A stretch of DNA of 64,000 nucleotides. It comes from Ostreococcus lucimarinus. Taxonomy: Eukaryota. How positions within the stretch are numbered: the stretch's first letter is position 1; the number at the start of each line of letters is the position of its first letter. The translations under genes and the position numbers were made by a program. Below are positions 18,455 to 26,317 of this stretch, one piece after another. The stretch lies in the NCBI GenBank assembly GCA_000092065.1, contig CP000583.1; one strand, written 5' to 3'. Under the pieces are notes generated by a model, which did no database searches, had not been told where the DNA came from, and was given only the letters and a program-made list of their open reading frames with translations.

Positions 18455-19720
18455 TCACCACTGTTCGCCGACCTCCTCGCTTCGCATCTTGCGGCCTCGC
18501 CCGCGCGCGCCGCGTTGCATGAATCGCGTCGGCGAGAACGGTTTGATGTCGATCGAACTCTTGCCTTTCGTGATGAGATCGGCGATTATTTCTCCCGCGA
18601 CGGGCGACCAAAGGATGCCCCAACAGTTTCCAGCGGTCGCCATGTACGCGTTTTCGATGCCGTCCACGGGGCCTAGAATCGGAAGCGCGTCCGGGGCGCA
18701 GGGACGCATGCACGCCTGAGTCACCAACGGCGCCTTGCCGTCGCCGCCGATGCTGCGCGACATGCCTCCGAAACTGCGCATCGCTGCGGCGACGCGACTG
18801 GGATCCTCGACGATCTTTTCGCTTCGATCGCAGTCGCCGCCCGGCAACAATCGTTCCTCGTCGATGTATTGGGATCCCCCGATCCCGCAAATGTACACCT
18901 CCCCGGTGCTCCGAGGATACACCTCCAAGTGGCACCCATTTTCATCTTCACCGCAAAACAACGCCGCCGGTTCCCTCATCACCGCCTCCGACGCCTCGTA
19001 CATCACGCTCGTCGAACGAATGCCCGTCATCGGTACTTTAATCCCAAACCATTCGCTCGCGCGCGTCGCCCACGGACCCATGGCCACGACGACGTGATCC
19101 GCTTCAATTTCTTCCACCGTTCCATCGTCCTCATTTTTATACACCAATCCGCGCACTTTCGCGCCATCATCCGCGAACGTCACCCCAGTGACTTCGCCCT
19201 TGACGCACGTGGCGCCGAGTCGCACGGCGGCGTCGTGCAATTTTTCGCACAATTCCTTCGGTGTCACCTGCGCCGTGCCGAATTCGTCCATCATTCGACA
19301 CATTTGAATGTCGCCGTCGAGCCACGACACGAGGGGAGTCGGTCCACCGTCCAGCGCCGATCCGCCCAGCACGCTCAGCGTCGGGATTTTTCGATACGTC
19401 TCCAGCAGCAACTCCTCCGCGAGCGTCTCGTGCAGCTCAAACGCGCGCTTATGCAGCGGCGCGGTCGGCGTGCCGTCTCCCCAGTCCCTGGCGAGGAAAC
19501 CTCCGCCCTTACCGCTCGCCGCGCTCGCCACGCGCGATCGCTCGACGATGACGACGTCGCAGTGGGAGGTGCGCTGACAAAAATACGCGCACGCGCATCC
19601 CCAAAGGCCGCCTCCGGCGATCGCGACGACGGGTTTGTCGCGAGCGACGCTCGCGTTGACCGCGCGGTTGGCCTCGGCGCGCGGAATCACGGCGGGCGCG
19701 CGGTGATGGACGGCGCGCAT
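18455..19720 (-). CDS. FAD-dependent oxidoreductase (DAO superfamily; FOXRED1/TDA3-like)
   Basis: The Rossmann motif is KPVVAIAGGGLWGCACAYF. ...GKGGGFLARDWGDG... and C-terminal ...ATAGNCWGILWSPVAGEIIADLI are present. The ORF-track start 19855 overlaps the TAP46 3' end, so M46 (ATG 19720..19718, MRAVHHRAPAV...) was preferred. Confidence 0.7.
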   Translation of the reverse strand: MRAVHHRAPAVIPRAEANRAVNASVARDKPVVAIAGGGLWGCACAYFCQRTSHCDVVIVERSRVASAASGKGGGFLARDWGDGTPTAPLHKRAFELHETLAEELLLETYRKIPTLSVLGGSALDGGPTPLVSWLDGDIQMCRMMDEFGTAQVTPKELCEKLHDAAVRLGATCVKGEVTGVTFADDGAKVRGLVYKNEDDGTVEEIEADHVVVAMGPWATRASEWFGIKVPMTGIRSTSVMYEASEAVMREPAALFCGEDENGCHLEVYPRSTGEVYICGIGGSQYIDEERLLPGGDCDRSEKIVEDPSRVAAAMRSFGGMSRSIGGDGKAPLVTQACMRPCAPDALPILGPVDGIENAYMATAGNCWGILWSPVAGEIIADLITKGKSSIDIKPFSPTRFMQRGARGRGRKMRSEEVGEQW

Positions 19721-19805
19721 CGAGACTGAGCGCCGGCGAGTGGCGCGCGCGTCCCGCTCGGGACGCGACGCGAGGAGAGTTTGAACAAAGTTTACAGTCG
19801 CTAAG

Positions 19806-20846
19806 TCATCCGCACGGGCGAAGTTTTGAGTTACCGCCGCCGTAGGGGTTATCATCCTTGAACTCGTCCCACGCGCGCGCCTTTCGAAGCGCCTCTTCCT
19901 CGAGCTGGTCTTCGGATTTCGAAGCGCGGTCGATTTCGGCGAGACGCGCGCGCTCGACTTCCCGCGCCCGGCGCTCGAGCATCTCCGCGCGTTCGATCTC
20001 TCCCGCCTGCTCGATCGTCATCGTCGGTAAGATGTGCGATGGACGAAACACCTCCGAGCGCATGCGCGCGCGCGGGTCGACTCGGACGACGTCCGCGGCG
20101 AGCGACATCGCGGCGGCGTCGCGTTCGATTGTATAAATCTCCGGCGCGCGCCGCCCGACGCGCTCGTCTTCGTTCGCCATGCGCTCGCGTTCGCGCTCGC
20201 GCGCGTCCTCCAGCTCAGACCGTCGCGCCAACATCTCGCTCTCCACTCGCAGCGTCGGGAGCTCATCCAGAGATTCATACACCGCGCGCTCCAACGTCAG
20301 CGTCCAAAACTCGCGCTCGAGCGCGTCCCCGTCCTCGTCCTCTTCATCCTCATCCCCATCTCCACCGTCCCTTCGCGCCAGCGTCGCTCGAATCGTCTCC
20401 AACCGCGTCTCCACCGTTCGTTTCGCCCTGTACCGTCGCACTTTCTCTTCCCTCGCGTCGTTTCTTCCCGTCGTCCCGTCGCCTCCGCGCGTCCCCGCGC
20501 GCGTCGTCGCCTCGTCTCGCCCGTCCGCGTTCGCCTCCCTCTCGTACGCCTCCACCTCCGCTCGCGGCATCGCCTCGATCGCGCGCGTCAGCGCCAGAAA
20601 CCTCTCGTGCGCGTCCACGGCCTCCGCGATCGCGCCCGCGCGTCGCAGCGCGTCCGCCTCGCGTCGGCTCGCGAGCGCGTACTTGACGTCCGCCGTCGGC
20701 CACGCGTCGAGCGTCTCCGTCGCGCCCGCGACGCTCGATCGCGCGACGGCGCGTCGCAGGCGCGCGCAGTCGTCGACGCTCGCGGTCGGCGCGCTCGCGC
20801 GCGCGTACAGCGTCGGCAGCGGCGCGTCGTCGTCGCGCGTCGCCAT
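19806..20846 (-). CDS. TAP46: TAP42/TAP46/alpha4-family PP2A regulatory subunit
   Basis: The C-terminus ...EVFRPSHILPTMTIEQAGEIE...ARAWDEFKDDNPYGGGNSKLRPCG matches Arabidopsis TAP46 ...PTHILPTMSIEEAG...ARAFDDWKDDNPRGAGNKKLTPCG. The start was chosen at M54 (MATRDDDAPLPTLY), because the upstream part overlaps the divergent lectin gene. Confidence 0.75.
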   Translation of the reverse strand: MATRDDDAPLPTLYARASAPTASVDDCARLRRAVARSSVAGATETLDAWPTADVKYALASRREADALRRAGAIAEAVDAHERFLALTRAIEAMPRAEVEAYEREANADGRDEATTRAGTRGGDGTTGRNDAREEKVRRYRAKRTVETRLETIRATLARRDGGDGDEDEEDEDGDALEREFWTLTLERAVYESLDELPTLRVESEMLARRSELEDARERERERMANEDERVGRRAPEIYTIERDAAAMSLAADVVRVDPRARMRSEVFRPSHILPTMTIEQAGEIERAEMLERRAREVERARLAEIDRASKSEDQLEEEALRKARAWDEFKDDNPYGGGNSKLRPCG

Positions 20847-20947
20847 CGCGCGCGCGTGTGTCGACCGCGCTTTGTCCGTGCGTCGCGTCCACTCGACGAC
20901 GCGCGCGGCGCGAGCGACGCGAGGGAAGGCGCGACGAACGACGAGAG
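20847..20947. promoter_or_regulatory. ~100-bp bidirectional promoter region between TAP46 (-) and the SUEL-lectin membrane protein gene (+)
   Basis: The start codons are opposed at 20846 (-) and 20948 (+). Confidence 0.35.
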
Positions 20948-23563
20948 ATGACGCGCGGGAAGACGGCGTCCGCGGGCGCGACGCGATGGACGCGAACGCT
21001 CGCACTGGCGCTCATCGCGATGGTGTTGGGCGCGGTCAGGGGGGATTCGACGACGGGCGCGACGCGAAAGTTGCTCGGCGGTGGCGGCGGTGGGAACGTC
21101 ATAGACACCGTCGTGGAAACGGCGGAAGATTTCGGGGAAACGGTGAGCGAGGTGATCGAACCGGTGGTGTCGGAAGTGATGAACGACGCGACGGTGCAAT
21201 CCATGGTCACGGAGACGGTGAGCTTCGCGGAGGCGGAGTACCAAGCGTCTTACGACTGGACCGAAGACGCGTACCACACGGTTCGACAAGACGAGATTTG
21301 TCAACTCGTGGGTCAGGCCACCGTGGATGCGTTTGAATCGACCGAAATCGTGTCTCGAATGGATGAGTATTACGACGACGCTAAGGGTTGGACCGAAGGA
21401 GCGGTCCAAAAGCTCGAAGAAACCGCGGTGGAACTCGCCAAGGACATTGAAAAAGTCGCCGAAATGATCGCAGCCTTCTTCAACGGCTTACAATGTCTTG
21501 AAGTCGCAGACACTTTACAAGACATGTTAAAATCTGTCCTGAAGGACGTCAGTTCCGGGAACGTGAAAAATTTGCTCGACGATGTCAGCAAGCGAGTGGA
21601 CAAATACAAGAATAATCTCGACGGCCCACTGTGCGAATCCATGTGGGCTCTGACTCTTGGTCCACAAGCGATCGTCATCGCAGAAATGATGAGATCTTTC
21701 ATCTCGACGCTCAAAGATAAATGTCCGGCTGCCATGTCTGGCTCCGATCTGCCCGCGTTTGCGCTCGGATTCATAGCGAGTGGCGACGCTTACGCCCTCG
21801 CTTCCACCGGTGCGGGTATCGAGCTCGCCATCGGCATGGATTTGCACGGTGAACGCTTTTGCTACGTCGCAGGCTGTGCGTACGGCGGCATCACCTTCGG
21901 TGATGCCGGTTACGGTGGTACCGCTGGCATACAAGTCACGGGATACAAATCTATTTCGTCGGTTCCCGGTACGGCAAACTTCATCTCCCTCGGGCTCGGT
22001 GTCGATATTCCGCTCACTCCTATCGGTGCAGAAGCCGGTGTGACTTACGTGTATTCTGGTAATGACATGTCCGATCCCATTGGGGTGGCATTTATGGGTG
22101 GGGGGAGCTTGAGCGCGAGCACGTCCTTGCTTCCGGCGTCAGTTTCCCTCATGCACGGTATTTGTCACACACCAGTCTGCGTGACCGTTCAGGGAACAGA
22201 ATGCGGCGCAAAGGAACCAATCTTGGCGATCGGAAATAAACACAAAAACGTCGCATGCGAAGGCAGTAGTAAAACGCTTTCGTGTCCAGCTGGTAAGACG
22301 ATAAGCGTGAACGCAGCGTCGTATGGGCGACATGATGGAACCACGTGCCCGCACAGCGCGACTTCGAATCGAAACTGCCACGCCACCAATTCGCTCGAAA
22401 AAGTGAAGAAAATGTGCGAAGGCAAGACCTCCTGCACGGTCACGGCGAGTCATGGTATTTTCGGTGATCCCTGTGCAGGTACGTACAAGTACTTGAGTGT
22501 TGACTACGAATGTACAGATTCGAAAACAGCGCTCGCGTGTGAAAGCCAATATACCGACTTGTCTTGCCCGGAAGGTCACACCATCAGCGTGCACACTGCA
22601 TCGTATGGGCGACATGATGGAACCACGTGCCCGCACAGCGCGACTTCAAATCGAAATTGCCACGCATCTGGCAGTATGAAGTATGTCAATGAAATGTGCG
22701 GGGGCAAGAATAAGTGCACGGTTCGGGCAGATCATAAAATCTTGGGTGACCCTTGTGGCGGAACCTACAAGTATCTGGAGGTGACATACGGCTGCGTGCT
22801 TAGTGTCATGAGTAGATCGACTCTCACGTGTGAAGGTGGTACAGATGCTCTTGAGTGTCCACCTGGATACGTAATCGATCTGCAAGATGCGCTCTACGGT
22901 AGAGTCGATCGTGACGTCTGTCCTCACCCCGCTATTCACACTGACACGTGCAGTGCGAACGGTGTCTTCGACAAGATTGCAGCCGAATGTAACGGCAGGT
23001 CAACCTGCTCTCCAAGTGCGTCGAACTCAAGGTTTGGAGATCCTTGCGGTGGGACATATAAATACTTGAGCACGAAGTACCAATGCGTTCCACCATCTAC
23101 ATCGACGAGCGCGCTCGCTTGCGAAGGACGTCCAGCGTCGATGTCATGTCCATCAGGACAAACTGTTTCGGTCATCTCGGCATCCTATGGACGACACAAC
23201 GCACACACGTGTCCCCACTCGGCCGTATCGAACCAGAACTGTCACGCGAGCAACTCTCTCGAAAAAGTCAAAAGTCAGTGCGACGGACGGCGCAGTTGCT
23301 CGCCGCACGCGAGTCACCACACTTTCGGTGATCCCTGCGGAGGCACATACAAGTATCTCGAAGCTGCGTACACGTGCGTCTCAGACTCAGCGTCCGCCGG
23401 GTTGGGGAGCGGCCCACTGACGACCAGAGTGTCCTGGTTGCAAACGTTTTGCCTCGCCGTCGCGGCCGTCGGATTCGCGCTCTACGGACGCGCCGACCGC
23501 CGAGACGCCGCCCTTCGCCCAGCCGCGCTCCGCGACGCGCGAGACTACGGCGCGAGACGCTGA
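20948..23563 (+). CDS. Type I membrane protein: signal peptide, ~410-aa N-terminal domain of unknown function, four tandem SUEL/rhamnose-binding (Gal_Lectin) domains, TM helix, short basic tail
   Basis: MTRGKTASAGATRWTRTLALALIAMVLGAVRG is the signal. The four repeats have the form C-E-(G/S)...L-(S/E)-C-P-x-G-x-(T/V)-I...A-x-Y-G-R...C-P-H...N-C...C-x-G-K/R...C...F-G-D-P-C-x-G-T-Y-K-Y-L...Y-x-C. The C-terminal TM is WLQTFCLAVAAVGFALYG. Confidence 0.8.
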   Translation: MTRGKTASAGATRWTRTLALALIAMVLGAVRGDSTTGATRKLLGGGGGGNVIDTVVETAEDFGETVSEVIEPVVSEVMNDATVQSMVTETVSFAEAEYQASYDWTEDAYHTVRQDEICQLVGQATVDAFESTEIVSRMDEYYDDAKGWTEGAVQKLEETAVELAKDIEKVAEMIAAFFNGLQCLEVADTLQDMLKSVLKDVSSGNVKNLLDDVSKRVDKYKNNLDGPLCESMWALTLGPQAIVIAEMMRSFISTLKDKCPAAMSGSDLPAFALGFIASGDAYALASTGAGIELAIGMDLHGERFCYVAGCAYGGITFGDAGYGGTAGIQVTGYKSISSVPGTANFISLGLGVDIPLTPIGAEAGVTYVYSGNDMSDPIGVAFMGGGSLSASTSLLPASVSLMHGICHTPVCVTVQGTECGAKEPILAIGNKHKNVACEGSSKTLSCPAGKTISVNAASYGRHDGTTCPHSATSNRNCHATNSLEKVKKMCEGKTSCTVTASHGIFGDPCAGTYKYLSVDYECTDSKTALACESQYTDLSCPEGHTISVHTASYGRHDGTTCPHSATSNRNCHASGSMKYVNEMCGGKNKCTVRADHKILGDPCGGTYKYLEVTYGCVLSVMSRSTLTCEGGTDALECPPGYVIDLQDALYGRVDRDVCPHPAIHTDTCSANGVFDKIAAECNGRSTCSPSASNSRFGDPCGGTYKYLSTKYQCVPPSTSTSALACEGRPASMSCPSGQTVSVISASYGRHNAHTCPHSAVSNQNCHASNSLEKVKSQCDGRRSCSPHASHHTFGDPCGGTYKYLEAAYTCVSDSASAGLGSGPLTTRVSWLQTFCLAVAAVGFALYGRADRRDAALRPAALRDARDYGARR
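22257..23372 (+). repeat. Four tandem ~285-bp coding repeats (SUEL lectin domains); repeats 1 and 2 share a 63-bp block identical except for 2 nt (22321..22383 vs 22603..22665)
   Basis: gtatgggcgacatgatggaaccacgtgcccgcacagcgcgacttc(g/a)aatcgaaa(c/t)tgccacgc occurs twice. Confidence 0.8.
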
Positions 23564-23571
23564 CCTCACCG

Positions 23572-23645
23572 CGGATCGCCTTTTTTCCTTTTGTCATATC
23601 TATTTTTGTCTCCTTTACGTTTACATCGTTTACGTTTCGTCGACG
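23572..23645. promoter_or_regulatory. Pyrimidine-rich AT island (~30% GC) with repeated TTTACGTTT motifs between the lectin gene 3' end and the G-patch gene
   Basis: ttttttccttttgtcatatctatttttgtctcctttacgtttacatcgtttacgtttcg sits in an otherwise ~70% GC context. Its function (terminator or promoter) is not determinable from sequence. Confidence 0.3.
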
Positions 23646-23706
23646 GCGCGTCGTCGCGTCGTCGTCCCGGCGACCTCTCGCGGTCTCGCGACCGCAGACG
23701 GCGACG

Positions 23707-23956
23707 ATGTCCGAGCGCTTCTCGGCCAAGGGCGCGGCGCTGATGCGCGCGTGCGGGTACAAGGGACACGGGGGACTGGGCGCGCGCGAGCGCGGGCGCG
23801 AGGCGCCCGTGGAGGCGCGCGTGAAGCGCGACCGCGCGGGATTGGGAAGCGCGCGCGAGAGAGATTACGAAATCGTCGGTGCGACGACGACGCGCGCGCG
23901 ATCGACGACGACGACGACGACGACGACGCGCGCGAGGAAACGCGCGAAGTCGACGC

Positions 23957-23990
<34 letters not shown>

Positions 23991-24288
23991 GACGGTGAAG
24001 GCGAAGGCGAAGGCGATTCGCGCGAACGCCGAGGCCAAGGCGAGGCGGGACGCGAACCTCGCGCGAGCGGTGTATCGAGCGTTCAAGAGCGAGGACGGCG
24101 AGGAGAGAGCGAACGAGAATCCCGTCGCGCGCGCGACGCTGAGCGGGATGTCGGCGAGGAATCCGTTGCGCGGGAAGAGTTTCGAGCGGTCGAGCGGCGG
24201 AACGCGCGGTTACGGCGGAACGGTGAGTTACAGTGGTTACAGTGGTCTCGGCGCGCGCCTCGGCGGCGTCGCGCGAGGTAAAGAATAG
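23707..24288 (+). CDS. G-patch domain protein with a poly-Thr/poly-Asp low-complexity region
   Basis: MSERFSAKGAALMRACGYKGHGGLGARERGREAPVEARVKRDRAGLG carries the G-patch consensus GxxLLxKMGWxxGxGLG...GLG. (GAC)n/(ACG)n repeats at 23905-23990 encode T9 and D10. The upstream part of ORF 23374..24288 is Arg-rich junk. Confidence 0.65.
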
Positions 24289-24355
24289 ATCGTAGTCGTA
24301 GCGTTTGTGCGTCGGATAGAGAGTACAGTAGTGTATAACGCGAGACGACGACGAA

Positions 24356-24832
24356 TTAGACGTTGGTGTCGTCGCCCGTCGTCTTCGCGTCGTCGTCGTC
24401 GCCCGCCTCGCGCAGCGTCACCACGCACGTCACCGCATCGCGCGCGCGCGCGTCGTCACCGTTCTCGATCGTCTCGTCGTCGTCGTCGTCGTCGTCGTCG
24501 CGCGTCTCGATCGCGATCATCACCTCGCCTCCCGGCATCGCGAACGCCGCGCATCGCCCCCTCCACGCCTCGTGCGCGCGTTCCTTCTCCTCCAGCGCCC
24601 TTCGCCGCGCCTCCGCCGCCGCGCGCGCCTCCATCGCCGCCGCGCGCGTTTTCGCGCGCTTCACTCGGCACAGGCACACCAGCATCCACGCCACGACCGC
24701 CATCAGCGCGGCGGCGACGACGAACAGCATCGCCCCGCCGTCGTCGTCGCGCGGCGGCGACCGCGCGACCGCGTCCGCGCGCGTCGCGTTCGCGCTCGAC
24801 GCGCGCGGCGCGTCGACGACGCTCGTCGACAT
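24356..24832 (-). CDS. Candidate small single-pass TM protein, or an alternative C-terminal exon/frame of the upstream membrane protein (unresolved)
   Basis: MSTSVVDAPR...GGAMLFVVAAALMAVVAWMLVCLCRVKRAKTRAAAMEARAAAEARRRALEEKERAHEAWRG...poly-D. The codon usage is protein-like, whereas the overlapping frame of ORF 24456..26306 is Arg/Asp low-complexity here. Confidence 0.25.
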   Translation of the reverse strand: MSTSVVDAPRASSANATRADAVARSPPRDDDGGAMLFVVAAALMAVVAWMLVCLCRVKRAKTRAAAMEARAAAEARRRALEEKERAHEAWRGRCAAFAMPGGEVMIAIETRDDDDDDDDETIENGDDARARDAVTCVVTLREAGDDDDAKTTGDDTNV

Positions 24833-26306
24833 CGCGCGCGCGCGTCGTCGTCGGTCGTCGCGCGCGCGTCGCGGCGCGCGCGTGTGACGACCGTCGCGCG
24901 GTCGGTGTCGACCCGAACGGCAGGCGAAGCGACGTTTTCGACGACGAAACGGCGCGCAGTGGGCAAACAGTGCGACGCGAACGATGGGCGCGGTCGGTCG
25001 CGGTCGACCGCCCGCTTCCACGGGTGACATTCCACGACGACGCGGGCGGGACGACGGCACGGTCGACGACGGAACGACCGACGCCGACGCGGACGGCGGC
25101 GCCGACGGTGCGGGAGGCGGAGGCGCGGGCGCGGAGGTGGCGGACGCGACGCTCGACGCGCGCGCTCGCGGCGACGGAGCGGTCGGCGAGGGAGAGGACG
25201 GGGACGACGACGGGAGGTTTGGTGGTGGCGATCCCGTCGGCGTCGTCTTCGCCGACGACGGTGGTCACGACGGTCCATTCGTTGAGGTACGCGTCGAGGG
25301 AGGCGGAGAGGACGCCGGCGTAGCGAACGCTTCGATCCGGGTTGGTCGTCGACGGCGCGAGGAAGCTTTGCTCGCGGCGCCTTTCGATTCGCGACGCCTC
25401 TCCGCTCGTTCGTCTCGGCACGGCGCGTCTGATGCGCGCAGACAAGGTCAAATCGTGAAACATGAGTGAGCTCGTGGAGTGCGTCAACAGCGTTTTGACG
25501 ATGAGCAAAGATTCGACGATCCAGCGAGAAAGCGAGACGAGGATTTCACGTAGCTCTTCGTCTTCGCTCGCGACGCCGACGAACTCTTCGTCCATCGTAT
25601 TCACCTGTAAAGCGGTGATGACGGATGAGATCCTCATTAATTCTTTCAGCAGATTCGTCCAAGCGGTCGTTTGAAAGTACTGGCGCCTCACGCTCTCGCG
25701 TAAATACGCCTCGGCGCTTGCGGGGTACAGGAGCGCTTGCGCGGCGGAGATGCTCTTGGCGATCGCGACGCACTCGTCGAGCTTCACCTCGCGAATGTCG
25801 TCTCCTTCGCTGATGTGATTCATCGTCAGCGCGTGATACGCGCTCGAGAGACTGCCGACGATGACGCCGGTTTGTAATCGTAACGTCTTACGCGCGTAAT
25901 TCGGAAACACCACGCGCGACGTCGCGACGATGATGACGCACCCCAAAGCCACGTGAACCGTGCGCCACAGCGCCGTTTCGAAACTGTGAGAAATCACGTT
26001 GTCCCCCGCGACGACTTTCCAGCCGTCGTTCACGACGATTAAAAACGTGAGCATGAAAATCAACCACGCGTACCCCGTCTTCGGCGATTTCGCCGTGTGA
26101 AATCTGCCAAACATCACGATACCACCGCTCAGAATCGCCCCAGCCAAGTTCTGCTTCCACCGTCCACCGACGGCGTCGACGACGTACGAGAAAACCGACC
26201 CGGTCGACGCCCCGCCGATCGTCCCCGCCATGACGCCGTGACGACCGCGCGTCGGCGCCGCGCGGTGACGCGAAACGAACCGGCGGCGGCGCTCGACGCC
26301 CGACAC
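24456..26306 (-). CDS. Integral membrane protein (four predicted TM helices, possibly ArAE/FUSC/ALMT-like) with a long low-complexity Arg/Asp-rich C-terminal tail; 3' gene model uncertain
   Basis: MAGTIGGASTGSVFSYVVDAVGGRWKQNLAGAILSGGIVMFGRFH...YAWLIFMLTFLIVVN...VHVALGCVIIVATSRVVFPNYAR is followed by a ~230-aa soluble region. After ~aa 370 the translation degenerates into RRRR/RDDR repeats. Confidence 0.45.
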   Translation of the reverse strand: MSGVERRRRFVSRHRAAPTRGRHGVMAGTIGGASTGSVFSYVVDAVGGRWKQNLAGAILSGGIVMFGRFHTAKSPKTGYAWLIFMLTFLIVVNDGWKVVAGDNVISHSFETALWRTVHVALGCVIIVATSRVVFPNYARKTLRLQTGVIVGSLSSAYHALTMNHISEGDDIREVKLDECVAIAKSISAAQALLYPASAEAYLRESVRRQYFQTTAWTNLLKELMRISSVITALQVNTMDEEFVGVASEDEELREILVSLSRWIVESLLIVKTLLTHSTSSLMFHDLTLSARIRRAVPRRTSGEASRIERRREQSFLAPSTTNPDRSVRYAGVLSASLDAYLNEWTVVTTVVGEDDADGIATTKPPVVVPVLSLADRSVAASARVERRVRHLRARASASRTVGAAVRVGVGRSVVDRAVVPPASSWNVTRGSGRSTATDRAHRSRRTVCPLRAVSSSKTSLRLPFGSTPTARRSSHARAATRARRPTTTRARDVDERRRRAARVERERDARGRGRAVAAARRRRRGDAVRRRRRADGGRGVDAGVPVPSEARENARGGDGGARGGGGAAKGAGGEGTRARGVEGAMRGVRDAGRRGDDRDRDARRRRRRRRRDDRER

Positions 26307-26317
26307 CGCCGCGCGCG

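Noticed and set aside
20034-21409. ORFs 20034..20951 +, 20179..21336 +, 20350..21210 -, 20588..21409 -
   Set aside because: They are antisense or off-frame to TAP46 and the lectin N-terminus. They are Ser/Arg/Pro low complexity.
22257-23372. Possibility that the regular ~285-bp tandem repeats are a CRISPR-like or satellite array
   Set aside because: The repeats are in frame, encode complete SUEL lectin domains with conserved Cys spacing, and are unequal in sequence. This is eukaryotic DNA. It is a coding domain repeat, not a CRISPR array.
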